A stretch of 64,000 bases of DNA, taken from the NCBI GenBank assembly GCA_964016885.1, contig OZ024746.1:16988001-17052000 (forward strand), in the 5' to 3' direction. Shown one piece after another: positions 13,548 to 26,950 of the stretch; within the stretch, counting starts at the first letter, position 1; each line of letters begins with the position of its first letter. The position numbers and the translations under genes were made by a program. The DNA is from Eledone cirrhosa (Eukaryota). The notes beneath the pieces are model-generated. The model was not told the DNA's origin, did no database searches, and saw only the letters and a program-made list of their open reading frames with translations.

Positions 13548-14740
13548 TCATCATCACCGTTTTACGTCCGTTCTACCATGCTAGCATGGGTTAGACGGGT
13601 TGTCCTGTTGTGCGCAGTGTCTGGTCGGCTGACCATGCCTTTCTCATACAGGAACTGATTTGGGCTTGATTTCTACAGCTGGATGCCCTTCCTAACACCA
13701 ACCTCATTTACAGTGAGTGCTGGGTGCTTTTTTCCGTCGCGCCTACACGTCCACTTTACAGTGTGGGCTGGGTGCTTTTTTGCCGTGGCACCTCCACGAC
13801 CACTTTGCAGTGGGAGGGTGTGAGGGCATATTGTCTATATGCTTCAGCTTGTACCCATGGGAGGTCAAGTACTCTGTATTACTGCGTGACGCCAGAGGTC
13901 ATGGTTGTGTGTCATCACCTTTGAGAGATGTAATTGGGTAAGGTCGGCTTTTATCACCTCATCCCAGGTCTTCTTGGGTCTCCCCACTCCGCAGTTTCCA
14001 ATGACTTCTAGTGCTCTGCAGTTGTCATCCTTCATACGCATCACATGTCCATACCAACGCAACCGCCTCTCCTGCACACAGCATTTGATTCCTCTTATGC
14101 TCAGTCTCTCTCTCAATTCATTTATGCTTTGCCGTTTGCGTATATTACTATTACACATCCATCAGAGCATGCAGGCTTCGTTTCTTTCTAATCTACGTAA
14201 GTCTTCCACCTTCAGTGCCCAGGTCTCACTACCATGTAACATTGCTGTTCGTATACACGCATCATACAGTCTGCCTTTCATTTTGAGGGAAAAGCCTTTT
14301 GCAGCTAGCAGTGGCAGTAGTTCCCTGAATTTCTTCCATCCCGTTCTTACCCTAGTTATTGTACTTTCTGAACACCCACCTCCGCTGCTAATTCGGTCAC
14401 CTAGGTAGCAGAAGCTGTCTACTGTTTCTACAGAGCCCTCCTAGAAATTGGTGGTACTTGTTTCCTGTGGCTGTTTGCTGCTTGCTGTCCCAGCACAGCT
14501 GCTACATGTGAAGCCTACATTCTTAATTAAGCTTCCTGAGATCCCGCTACATCTCTTGTGTACCCATTGTTTGCATTTGGGGCAGAGAATGGAGTTCCTA
14601 CCTACACCTTTCCTACATACTGAGCAATGCCATTTCTCTGGGGGAATCTGGGTTCTGTCTACTTACAAGGACCTTAGTCTTTGTCATGTTGACTTTGAGA
14701 CCCTTTCTTTCTAGTCCCTGCTTCCAAGTTTGGAATTTCT
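13548..14740 (-). mobile_element. 5'-truncated RTE-clade LINE, nested in an older interspersed repeat
   Basis: ORF 13865-14158 (RRLRWYGHVMR...GRPKKTW), an upstream Cys-rich insert (CSVC..CPKC..HKRC..CSSC), 3' UTR and (ATG)n tail. The flanks 13440-13547 and 14741-14810 resemble two halves of the repeat seen uninterrupted near 15000-15170. Confidence 0.93.
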
Positions 14741-15811
14741 TAAATCAGTGAGGTGTGATTTTAGGAAGAATTGGTTGCTATTTCTAGCATGTTGAGTGAC
14801 TATATAGATACTTTCTTTGACTGTTTACTGTTTAGAACTATATGGTGATTGAATATACAAATTATACAAATTTGTCTCCATTCAAAAACATTTCCATTTT
14901 GGTAAACAATCTCAGTAATATCTTATATTTGCCATCTTATATCTTGAAATAGAATATCTAATTCCCTTTAGATTTTATATCCATTAATGATATCAAAAAT
15001 GTTTAGGCTCAGATCTCCTCTGATTGACAGATCTATTGTTAAGGACATTCTAGCCATAGCCATCCCATATTTCCCATCCTCAATGCACCTCGGACCACAT
15101 TACCTAATTATTCATCTTTTCTAAGACAGTAGAGAGAATTGGTTACTATTTCTAGTAAGCTGGGCATCCATGCTGGTTCTATTTCTAATCTAAATTCTCA
15201 TCAATATCTTATCATGAAAGAGAATATGGAATTTTTTAAAGATTTTGTATCCACTGGTGATATTGATATATCTTTAGCAATTTCAGAGCATTGCTTTGCT
15301 GCTGTGAAACTTTCATTCTGAAGATTTCAATATTTTCTTCTTGCTTGGAGCAGATATTGAACATTAGACAAACTTCTTTTTGTTCTGCCTCTCTATGTTC
15401 TGAGATCAAATCTTGCTGAGCTCAGCTTTATCTTTCATCCTTCCAAGGCTGATGAAATAAAGTACCAATCAAGTATTTGGGCCAACATAATTGACTGATA
15501 CCTCTCCTGAAATTTCTGGCCTTGTTCTTATGTTAAAAACAATTATTTATATGTTTTATATAACAGGTTCATGAACTTGGAATAATTCTGGGTATTCATG
15601 AAGACAATCAGATTAATCTCTTCTAGAAGATTTTCAGTTTCAGGGTTATAGACAATTTCCAAAATATCCTTGGCCTATCTGGGCTACAGTGAGGGAGGGG
15701 AAGTCATTGCCTATTCAAATTGAACTCTACAATCATTGAAGTGCCTCCAATTCTAGTAAAGTGTCCATGCATTGCTAGCTTGTGGACTTATCTTGAAATG
15801 TTACAATCACT

Positions 15812-15976
15812 TATAGGACAGTCTTCCTTTGCATGGGGAGTTATGGTGAAAGAATTGTATGGTAGATGTGGTTGAAAGGTTTGAGAACACATCTTGTAGG
15901 ATAGTCTACCTTTACATGGGGGGCTATGGTGAAAGAATTGTATGGTAGATGTGGTTGAAAGGTTTGAGAACACATC
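15812..15976. repeat. Tandem duplication of about 82 bp
   Basis: TATGGTGAAAGAATTGTATGGTAGATGTGGTTGAAAGGTTTGAGAACACATC occurs twice in tandem. Confidence 0.92.
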
Positions 15977-16329
15977 CTTTCCTCTTGAACCAATTTCTCA
16001 ACTTCTTCAAGTACTACTTGAAGAAGAGAATGAGATTGATTGAAGCATTGTACTCCAGTGTGTTTAACAAAAGGTGAGATTGATCAGGTTAACTAGACTT
16101 GTTTTGAATATCCTCTTCCCTAACATCATTTAATATCTGTTTACCCTGGTTACATGTGGTTATAAGAACAGTTTGGCAAGGAGCTTGGAGAGGAAACTTT
16201 TGTATCAGCAGTTATCTTGTATTAATCTAGGCAGTTCCCTCTTTTCTTGTTGACAGTTTTTTTTTTTTTATTTCAACTTTTACTTGATCTAAAGCCTGAC
16301 TGTTTCCATATTTCATCCTGGTACTATCC

Positions 16330-16600
16330 CCATCATGAAGAGGGGTCATTACTGCTACTATCTCCATTGTGAAAGAAGTTTCTATCTCTACCTCCACTGT
16401 TCCCATCATGAAGGGGGTCTCTCCTTCCACTGTTACCATCATGAAGGGGGTCTCTCCTACTATCATCATCATGAAGGGGGTCTCTCCTTCCACTGTTCCC
16501 ATCATGAAGGGGGTCTCTCCTACTATCATCATCATGAAGGGGGTCTCTCCTTCCACTGTTCCCATCATGAAGGGGGTCTCTCCTTCTACTGTCATCATCA
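16330..16600. repeat. Minisatellite of mixed 33- and 30-bp units (CATCATGAAGGGGGTCTCTCCT...)
   Basis: Directly visible; MKGVSPSTVPI / MKGVSPTIII periodicity in translation. Confidence 0.92.
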
Positions 16601-17119
16601 TTTATTTACAATTGCGAACAATTAAAGATAATTGGCTTAGCAGATTCATTAGAGCATTGGTCAAATGATCAGCAGTATTTGTTCGGCTCATTCTGAGTTC
16701 AAATCCTTCCGTGTTTGATAAAATAAGCACTAGTCAAATATTGGAGTCCATTAGATCAATATAAGTGCCTGTTCCCTTCCCTAAAAATCATTTTTAAAAT
16801 GCAACAAAATCATCTGAAAACGAAAATCTTTTCTATTCAATTAAATCAATTTTCGAAATAGATTTTATTAATATTTTTTATCAATATTAGTCAGATGTGT
16901 CCTTTCTTTGAACATACCTACAAGAGCCTTGATGTGTTCAGTCAATAGAAAATTGACTTTTAACCAAAGAAATAATCAATATAGGAGGAACAAAGAATTA
17001 ATTGGTAGTGTCCCCCCTCTCTCCTTCACACCCTTATTTATCATTTTCTGAATTCTCTTTGAATGTTTGAAATTCCAGGGCATCTATGTATGAGTTTTTG
17101 TCATTTTACTCACATTCTT

Positions 17120-17386
17120 TTGTTCTTTTGCTGGTTTCAGCCATTAGACTGCGGCCACGCTGAGATATCATCTTGATTTAGTTGGTAGTATTGACCCCAG
17201 TATTTATTTTATCAATCTCTTTTTTGTTGAACTGCTAAGTAACAGGACATAAACACAGATGCAGACACAAACATAACCATAGACACACGCACACATATTA
17301 ATTAAAGGCTAATTAGTCTCTAATACCCAAACAGTTAGTTTCTAATACCCAAATAGTTAGAACATTTTTTCCTACAGAAATACTTC

Positions 17387-17434
<48 letters not shown>

Positions 17435-17612
17435 TATCAATGTATATACAAGGAGCTTCTGCAGTATCCATCTACTAAATTCCACTCACAAGGCACTGGT
17501 CAACTTGAGGTTATAGTAGCAGACAGTTTAGTGCCTACCATGTAGTGAGACTGAACTCAAAACCCTATTGTTGTATAGACAACACCTTAATCATGCAGCC
17601 AGCCATGCCTGC
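17120..17612 (-). mobile_element. tRNA-derived SINE (family C) with an internal (TA)n/(CA)n expansion
   Basis: The minus strand starts GCAGGCATGGCTG..GGTTTTGAGTTCAGTC and contains CCTTGTGAGTGGAATTTAGTAGATGG and CTTAGCAGTTCAACAAAA. A related copy lies at about 40015-40200. Confidence 0.7.
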
Positions 17613-18757
17613 CTTTATAAATGTTTTCCTATATAAACTTTATTATCCATTCAAATAAAATAAAAAAAAAAAACAGGGTTCTGGAATTCTCTAGAAATGT
17701 TCAGGTTTTAGTATGATAGACCAGAAAATAAGAAAATGTGATGTGTACAAAAATTAGTGAATTTAGTCAACGGGAAGTTACCCCCCCCCCCCCCCCCCCC
17801 TTCTTCCAGGACTTCTTTTCTCTTTTGTAGTTTTGCTCTGCAAGGACATTAAATGTGTATTACATTTTTTTGTTATGACTCACAGAGATATTTTGAAAAT
17901 GCCAGTTCTGTTCCTCTTTACTTTGTTACAATTTCTCTGTTCTCTTCTAAATCATTGATCAGCTTTGATTAGCTGAAAAGAATTCTCCAATCTGATTCAG
18001 ACTGGTGTCATTTATTTGTTATCGGATGAAGAAAGAGCATATCAATTTTATATTGTTAGTAAATATTTGTATTGTCTTTGTTTAATCTCTCTCCCTCTGC
18101 TTGCCTTCCCTCCCTATCTCTGTCTTCCTCTCTCTCTCTCCCTCCATCTCTCCTTCCCCCTTGCTCCTATCCTTTCTCTCTCTCTTTTCCTCTCTCCCTC
18201 CTCCACTTTTCTATCCCCCCTCTCTCAAAGATATCTCAAAGTACAATTGAGATATTCCATTTCTTTTATCTGTTAGACCCTCTTTTAGACCCTCTCCTCC
18301 TTAAGACTAATGGCTCAAAGCTTCATAACTCTCTTGATACCAAACTGTCTGAAACCACTTCTGGTTCTATGATACAAAACTGTTTATCTTAAAGTCTTTA
18401 TATTTATCGAAAAACCTTCTATCATAGTTTCTATCTAAGAACCTTTGTTATATTTCAAAGACCAACTTTATAATGAGAAAGATATATTACTAAATCCTTC
18501 AAAGTTCTTGTTTACAAAATTATTTGAAAATCATAGGCAGTGTTTTTCATTAAAGATCATCACCATCCTTATCATTTAAGATTCATTCTCCTTGTTAGTA
18601 AGAGTTAGAAATGTGGAAAATGTTAATGAAAGAATTAATCTATTCCCCACTCCCTCTCTCACTCTTTCCACACACACACACATAGTAGTAATAATGATAT
18701 AGCGTGGAAAATGGACGTTAAACGAAGATGATGATGATTATATATATATATACAGTA

Positions 18758-19100
18758 GGAGGCACATGGCTTAGTGGTTAGAGCATTGGCCTTGCAATTG
18801 AAAGGTTGTGAGTTCAATTCTCAGACCGGGTGATGTGTTGTTTCTTTGAGCAAGACACTTTATTTCACATTGCTCCAGTTTACTCAGCTGTAGAAATGAG
18901 ATGATAGGGACTGGGGTCCCTATCATTCCACTGCAAAGTGGTCGTGGTGGTGCCACAGCAAAAAAGCACCCAGCACTCACTGTAAATGAGGTTGGTGTCA
19001 GGAAGGGCATCCAGCTGTAGAAATCAAGCCAGAATCAGTTCCCGTCCCACCCTTGCAAGCAGGGAAAAGTAGACGTAAAATGAAATGATGATGAATGATG
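18758..19100 (+). mobile_element. Full-length tRNA-CORE SINE (family B) with an RTE-like 3' end
   Basis: A-box TGGCTTAGTGG, B-box GAGTTCAATTC, CORE-like TTGAGCAAGACACTTTATTTC...CTCAGCTGTAGAAATG, an 11-bp hairpin at 18901-18926, and a 3' part matching the RTE 3' UTR. A near-identical copy lies at 50009-50336. Confidence 0.9.
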
Positions 19101-20014
19101 AAAGTAGGCACATGTGTGTGTAATGTGTAGATTTCTAGTAACAATGCTGGATTAGAAGGAAATAAAACAAAGCGTAATTCAACATTGGTATGATTGGTAT
19201 ACACCTGGAAAATTCTTTCTAAAGAATTGGTTCTACCTTTCTATACTGCAATCCAATTATCCCTTGACCTATACTCCAGCTGCTCCGACTTACACCTACT
19301 TAGCCTCTGTGCAACATCTGGTCAACCTGTCTAAACAAGTTAACAGATCTTTTTCCAACCAAAGCAATATATTTTTCATGTATTTTAGTTCACTGTAGAA
19401 TTCTCATCAAAGTATTGATCTATTTTGTTGTGAACAGAATTGATACATGTACATGTGGTTTATTAAGCCTCCTACATGTATATTATATCAACATCAACAT
19501 CAATTATTGCAGTTCCATTTATCCATTACAAAGCAAACTCCTTAACTGCACAGCTATATCTGTGTCTGTCTATATACATCTTATGTACATACATAATAAT
19601 CCTCAGATTCCACTTTGTTCAAAGCTCCCAGCTTTCATCTGCTTTCAATGTAATTACCTCAACTGATTTTGAACTAAGAATGTTTCTCTCTTTGGATTAT
19701 TTATTAATCCAAACTAAACTTAGTGTATGGTGACTTGTAGAGAAGTGATCATTTTATTTCGCTCAGTTTGGTAAGCTGGAAGTAGCCAGTGTTAATACTA
19801 CTTCACACAACAAAGCACAAACAATTTCAACAACTTTACAGCTATTTTCCTGTGGCAACATGAAAAATATGGCTCTAACAGCAATAACAACAACAGCAGC
19901 AACAAGTGTTTTAATGATGAAGACATGTAGTCTATGTGTACCAAGACTATTCCACTGAACTTTCTCAAGTGATTGTATGTTTTTGTTTTCAGTGGTCTCG
20001 CAAAATATTGCTGT

Positions 20015-20240
20015 TTAACCCTTTTGAAAACCTGATGCTGTCACAGGTTTTGTAATACTAAGCTGTTTATTTTAAAGTGTTCAACCAATATTTTATGTAA
20101 GAACCTATAAGTTATTTAACTGGTGCTTGGAGCATAAGGAGAAAGTTAGTTAAATCTTTCCAAATTCTTGATTATTTTCAAAATGATTTGAAAATCATAA
20201 GTAACATTTTTCATTAGAAATATGATAACAAAAAAGTTAA
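20015..20240. mobile_element. Degenerate TTAA-flanked MITE (second piggyBac-like family)
   Basis: TTAACCCTTTTG...ACAAAAAAGTTAA. Related copies at about 18330-18550, 30082-30338, 32075-32250 (-) and from 62951. Confidence 0.55.
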
Positions 20241-21666
20241 AGTATCTATTTTACAAATTCTTTATTTTCCAAATGATTAAAAAATAGTAAGTATTGTCTT
20301 TCATTAGAAATATGGTAGCAAAAAAATTAATTCCTGTTACTTTGAGATAGTATCATTCTAATTAATTATTTCTAGTGCCTTTGCCTTAATAACGCCCCCC
20401 CCCCCTTACATGTTGTAATGTAGTTGGTTATACAAAGGGCACCCATCTGTAGAAAACCTGCCAAACAAAAAGATGTGAGAACCTTTCAGTTGTGTCAAAG
20501 GCACAACAACCTCTTTAGTGTGTGGGACCATATATGTGAGATATGGGGGATGGCCCTAAGTCAGTTCAGTGTGTAGGACCATATATAAGTGAGATGGAGG
20601 GGATGGCCCATCTGATAGGTCAGTAAGTACTGACTTGATCTGTGAGGACCCATCTGACCCTTGCTAGCAGGGAAAACAGATGTTAGATGATAATGCTGGT
20701 AATGATATTATAGAAGAAATTGCAGAACTAATGGCTGTTTCTTCCTTCTCATTCTCTCATTTTACTCTGCAACTCACTCCTGGCTCCTTACTACAGTTAT
20801 CTGTTCTTTGATCAAGCTGAGATAGCTGTATAGTCAAAGAAGCAACATTTATTACTAATATGATCATATTTATAATATCTATCATCATCATCATCATCAC
20901 CATGATCAAAACAGCTGGAAGTAGAGTCTACATGGTTAACATGCCCTATTAATACCAGATCTTTTTATCTCTGATCCACAATAGATTTGCTATAGTTAAG
21001 AATTCTCACAAAACAAGGTCAGTTGATGAATATAGAAATCCATAGTTATATATATATATAAATAAGAGAGAATGGTATAGGGATCTGTGGAAGCAAAGCA
21101 ATACACATACACAGAGACACAGACATATATATCATACACACTCACACACATGTATATATACATATATATATTCGTTGGAAGCTGATGATTCACTCAGTTT
21201 CTTGCTATGTGTAATTCTTCAGAAGAGAAAAAGATAAATCATTTTGTAGCCTAAAGGGTTGTACTGAACAAGAACTTCTGATGTAGTGATGGAGTGAATC
21301 ACTACTCTACTACTCTATTGAGTACACTTTCTTTATCCAAATATACACCCTTGCAAGCAGGGAAAAGCAGACGTAAAATGACGACGATGATGACGAAAAT
21401 TAGGATTGGTGCTCTGAAATAGCGATGTATACATGAATGTATGTATAGTATATTTGGTAATATACCGTATGTTTAATTAAAAACATTTTGAAGACCTTGC
21501 GCTATCATTTTAAAGTAGTGACTATGTCACATTTTTTTTTTCGGCAAAGGGAGAGAAGCTGACAGATTCTGTTTCACACTGTTGGTGTTCCTCAGGGCAA
21601 CGTACTCCCCGACCTCTGCCGAAAATTATGGAGACTGGATTCTTATAGAATTCCAGTAATAATCAG

Positions 21667-21710
<44 letters not shown>

Positions 21711-21711
21711 A

Positions 21712-21825
21712 TAATAAATACAAAGTCCAAAATCCAAAGAGGACTCAATAAGGATTGTGCATATATTTATATATATAAACCATTAGAGCAAATATTTATT
21801 ATTACCACAGATTATAAGTTTAATC
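21712..21825 (-). mobile_element. PLE pLTR tail fragment
   Basis: Matches 27790-27896 (AAAATCCAAAGAGG.CTC.ATAAGGAT...AGAGCAAATATTTATTA...ACAGATT). Confidence 0.7.
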
Positions 21826-21961
21826 TGTACTAATAATATATATATATATATATATATCTTTGGTGTTTCTTATTCTTTATATATCAGCTCTACATGAACC
21901 CTCCTGCATTGAGCTTTAGACCCTATGGTTAAGTCTATACCCAATAATAGCAACACTGTTA

Positions 21962-22250
21962 TCTATATATATAAAACTGTTGTTGTCTGTGTGTGTCTCC
22001 TCATTTTTGCAAAGTCTATACAAATCCACATTTCTACTCCGATTGACTTCAAACTTGCATTTATATATTCCTTGCAGTCTAAAGATATTAACTGCAGTTT
22101 TTATTTTTCAATTTTCTGTTGATAAAGGGGTGTTAGGCGCTGGTTATCCATCTCCGTAGTGCTCTTATAATATCTGTCTGTATGCCTGGCTGTCTGCATT
22201 ATGACATTCTGACGAACATTGATGACATATTATGTTCGCTATTTTCCATT
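21962..22250 (+). mobile_element. Non-autonomous Helitron, 5' portion
   Basis: Starts A|TCTATATATATAAAACTG. Shares CTTATAATATCTGTCTGTATG.CTG.CTGTCTGCATTA with the 63045 element. Confidence 0.65.
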
Positions 22251-22254
22251 CATT

Positions 22255-22424
22255 GCCAGGGAACATCTTCATGAACCAAAGTATCATCTTCCTGTTTTCC
22301 TTCGGTTGCAACGTTTTTCGAAATATTTACTTCTGCGTTCACAGATTGATGTTTTTAGTTTCAGAAGATCCCGTTAAGGGTGAAAGCAACGATTCTTTGC
22401 TTAAACTTTAATGTGTTATTTTAA
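22255..22424 (+). mobile_element. Solo PLE pLTR copy with a hammerhead-like motif
   Basis: High similarity to 28568-28734, including TTTCAGAAGATCCCGTTAAGGGTGAAAGCA. Confidence 0.82.
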
Positions 22425-22453
22425 TCTATATATGTATATATATAAAACTGAGG

Positions 22454-22488
<35 letters not shown>

Positions 22489-22879
22489 CCGAGAAGTACC
22501 CAACCGATTTTTTTTCAAATTTTACATGTGTATAACTTATGTTTCAGGGAGTGTTATGCACATAAAAAAATTCAACTTTTTGGGGCCCGCATCATTTTTT
22601 TAGGGCTTTTTTGAGGCATTACGTCTAGCCGATTTCCTGAAATTTCAAGGCATATTACTCACATAAAAAAAATTCATTTTCTTGATCCCCTAGTATTAAG
22701 TGAAAACCTGCATTTTTCTTGCTTCATCGAGGAAAATCTTAAAGATTATCCAGCCATCAGAGTATTCGGTTTATTTTCTTTACATATTGTCCAGGCATAC
22801 AGTTTTTCCGCGATTAGGTCTGTTGGCGGCCCGCGTTCCAAAGTACCTTATCCCGTGCAATGCCGGATACCACTGCTAG
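22425..22879 (+). mobile_element. Non-autonomous Helitron
   Basis: A|TC 5' end, subterminal hairpin (TCCCGTGCAATGCCGGA), CTAG|T 3' end, no TSD. Homologous to 63045-63952. Confidence 0.85.
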
Positions 22880-23468
22880 TTATTATTAAAGTTATATATA
22901 TATTATAGCTGTGAAATTATACCAGTGACCCTTGATGGCTAAGAATCCATGGTGTAGTTTCACAACTATAATAGATTATATATTATTCTAACCATGTAGT
23001 TTTATTTCTCCCATTTGTACATCCAAATAAAAAAATACATGTGTGCACGTGCACGCACACACACTACACACACTACACACACTACACACACACACACACA
23101 CACACTACACACTACACACATACACACACACACACACACTCAAATATGTTGGTAATACACTTCAATATTCTCAATATAGATGTGTCTCCTATACTGTCAG
23201 AAAATATAATTAACCACAATTTAATTTAATCCACCATTGGAATAGTTTAATATTAGATGTTTTCATTTAAGTTGGAAAACTTGGATTGTTCATTTTGTTA
23301 CGTTTGAAACCAGCAAAATGTATGATGTCATCATCAACATTTCACATTTTTTTTGTTTTCTCTGCTAGCAAGGGTAACGGGGGTTGCCACACAACAAGTC
23401 TGTATTAATTGGAGACCCCTGGCCTCTCAGACCAACTGGTGGCTGCATCTTACTTACATACGTTCCTG

Positions 23469-23574
<106 letters not shown>

Positions 23575-24974
23575 CTCAATTATAAGCCAACTCAAATTTT
23601 TTTGTTTGAGAAATGGGCAAATATCCAGGCCTTGTGTGTAAGCTGAAGCTGCTAATCAAAATATTATGTTTTGATGTCACTGTTTTGAAATTCTCATGAG
23701 TGGAGGATATATTTATGAAGTTTTAATATTTTGATACTTAAAATATTTGAAGTGTCGTTTTGTTTCACAACTCCATTACATATTGAATTTTTACCATTAC
23801 ATCTGTTTTATAAATTTCTAACAAGTTTCTCAAATTTTTTATTACTTCTGGCCACTCATATTTTGGGAGTACTTTGTTAGCAGCATCTCCCTGGTGTAAC
23901 AGATTTTTATTTATAATATTCACATCAAATGAAATGCGTATTTAGAAACCATTTAACACCATACAAGTATTAAAGCTTTAGGTAGATTTTTACAATGACA
24001 TCCATCTCACTCCAGCATGCCACTCCTCACTCAGTTAATAGTTTCTGACTGTTTGAAGGCCTTATTCATTTAAAACATAGCAAAAATAGGAATAACAAAT
24101 TTCACCTCCATAGTGAAACTGGTGTAATATTCACTGCCAAAGTGAAACTGGTGTAATATTCACCTCCAATCCTGAGAATTTTGTGTGGACCTGAAACCCC
24201 AGTGTTAACTAAAATAATGAATAATTTCTGACAGTTCCAATAACCATAGGAAAAACATAAATTAGGAGTGTTCTCAAGGGAATGTATAAATAACACTCAT
24301 AACGATGTAGTAAATGCGGAAAAACAATGTTTCATTGTTAAATAATCATTCAATATTTTAGCTCCTTATTTACATAGAATTTGATGTTGGTGAAAATCGG
24401 CAAAATATTGATTATGAATATAAGTCGATCCTCATTTTACCATCAATTGTATTTTTTTTTTTGTCACATATTTCTCAGCTTATATATGAGTATACACAGT
24501 AATACATTATATTAGTAATACACCCAAGAAATGCCAGTTTCATAGACACTATTAGTAGAAGCAGGTATTCTTCATTATCAAAGCTTGTACAGGCATCGTG
24601 TCATATCTAATCATATGCACCACATTTAGAACATTCTCATGAATCTTTCCTACATAGTTTATTTCAATTCTATCTTTTTGTTTTCCTCTCTCTCTTCCCT
24701 GTGTGCTGGTGTATCCATATTATCGTGTTTTCTAGCTGAACATGACCTGTTATTTGTAATATTTACTCTGTAGTGAAGAATGGATGGGACTCATTTGGTT
24801 TACTATATTTTGTTTATTCTGCGGCACACCAACACAGTTTTATAATCAATAGCAGAGTAAGATAAACTGATGAAATATGCATTTGACATTGTCTATTCAT
24901 AATGCAATAAAAATAATTTATTGTTACTTAATCTGAAAGTCCATGTTTATAACGTGTGTGAATACTCACAGGAG

Positions 24975-25180
24975 ATGTATACGTTTGCATATATATCTGT
25001 ATACGTTTGCATATATATCTGTATACGTTTGCATATATATCTGTATATGTTTGCATAAATATCTGTATACGTTTGCATATATATCTGTGTGTGTTTGCAT
25101 AAATATGTGTGTGTGTTTGCATAAATATGTGTGTGTGTTTGCATAAATGTTTTTGTGTGTGTTTGTGTGTGTATGTGTGT
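24975..25180. repeat. 22-bp minisatellite GTATACGTTTGCATATATATCT drifting to GT-rich variants
   Basis: Directly visible. Confidence 0.9.
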
Positions 25181-26814
25181 GAGGAAAAGAAAAAAACTGA
25201 GTTTGGTTCTCAAAAATCAAGCAGTTTTCTGATGTTTAAGACAAAGTTTGAGAGATTTCAGTTGTCAGTGGTGATTTGTACAGACTCCTCTTGTAATTTT
25301 GGTGAAAGTTGAATTGTCAAAGTTCTGCAGTCTGTCTTATAGAAAATGTGTCTTATATAAGGCTTTATATTAACAGTTATTAATATGTAAACATATCAGA
25401 GTTCACAGAACTCCATTGTTTCTCTTAGAAACAAGAAAATTCCTTGTTGCCATCTGGCTTTTCAATAGCTATCTGTTGTTGTTTTTTTCTACTTATCGGG
25501 ACAATTCTGAATATTATGTTGTTTTGTTTTTGTAAGTTACTACTACAGGCATTCCATAATGCACTAGGAAGACTAATTAGTATCAATACTTTGAGACTTT
25601 TCTGTCAAGCCAGGAAAAATACCTAATGAAATTTTTCCATATTTCAGGAAAAAAAAGGAAAGGAAAAAAAAAACAGGACATAATTTCAAACTGGCTGAAA
25701 TGCTGGGACAACTTTAGTATATCAGAACAGTCCTGGTCAAACTGGGAAATATGGGGACCCTAATCATATCTGTTTTATCAGGACTGACTTGTACATCTAA
25801 GCTAGCTACAGCTCTGCTTGTCTGTTTCTCTCTCTCATTGTCTATATATTTCTGTCTTTCTGTCTTTATATGTTTGTCCATGTCTGTCTGTCTCTCTGTT
25901 TCTTTATTTTTATGTCATTGCTCATCTTCCTGTCAGCCTCTCTACCCCCCCCCCCCCTCTTTGCAGCATGTTCTTCAAAATAGAAAGGTTGGCATGGGAT
26001 GCTTCACTAATAAATACTATTAACCTGTTTAGGTTGAGGGTTAAAAGTAAAGAAAGAATGGTAGTTGGTAGTCAACATGTCTTCTCTTGCTCACTTTCTC
26101 CTATAATCAGATAAATATCATCAGTTTAAATTATATAGCATGATGGAGAGATAACTCACAAGTAGAACAAAACAGATGGCTGTAGCATATGGTTGATATC
26201 TTCTTAGAACTGTAACTACATCTTGTAAACAACTAATGACATAGTTAAGACACAAGTTGTTAGAATATATATGTTAGCAACAGAATATTATTTGTAAGCT
26301 TCACCTTTGTGGTCTTACGTCTGTCTCTCTCTATCACTTGACTTGACCTCCATGAAAAAGCCAATCCTTTAGTTTGAAAATATCACTTTAACTTCCAGCA
26401 ATTGATGTTCGTGACATATCTATTTATGAAAATGAATACATATGCACTTGCATATTTTTATATGAAGATTTTTCACACACACACGCGCACACACACGCGC
26501 CCACACACACTCTCTTGACATGAGTAGGATAGTGGACAGGCAGAACGTTAGAACATTCGACAAAATGTTTTGCAGTTATTCCAGTTCTTGACATTCTGGA
26601 TTCAAATCTCACCATGGCCAACTTTGTCATTCATCTTTTCAGGGTCAATGAAATAAAGTCCCAGTTAAGTACTGAAGTGGATTTAATTGACATTGTCCTG
26701 TCCCCAAAATTGCTGGCCTTGACATCAACTGCATGTATCTTGTTTAGAATAGGTACCCTATCTCTGCATGTCTTAAGAGGCAATTGGACTAGAAGGGTTG
26801 GTGCCAAGAAGGGG

Positions 26815-26950
26815 TTCTTTTTCTCTTCTTCACCTACTTATTCCTGAGAGAGTCATTGGGACAGAGTCCTCAAACACTCCCTCCTGCGGGTCTTGTCAGA
26901 AGCAACCATCTCCAACTGATCCGGCTGGATCCCCAAGCGAGACCAGCCAA
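26815..26950 (-). mobile_element. 3' tail of a second LINE family (GAAGAA-type end)
   Basis: Reverse complement resembles 60445-60572 and the end of the LINE at about 44470. Confidence 0.6.

Noticed and set aside
16227-16668. His-rich / repetitive ORFs
   Set aside because: Several frames are open only because the repeat units are multiples of 3; no convincing splice signals or recognisable homology.
18758-18830. Possible tRNA gene (also 50009, 1030, 41915)
   Set aside because: A and B boxes are present but continue into SINE bodies found in many copies; I could not build a full cloverleaf.
25670-25762. Possible hAT-type terminal repeat (...ATATGGGGACCCTA)
   Set aside because: No matching opposite terminus or TSD found.
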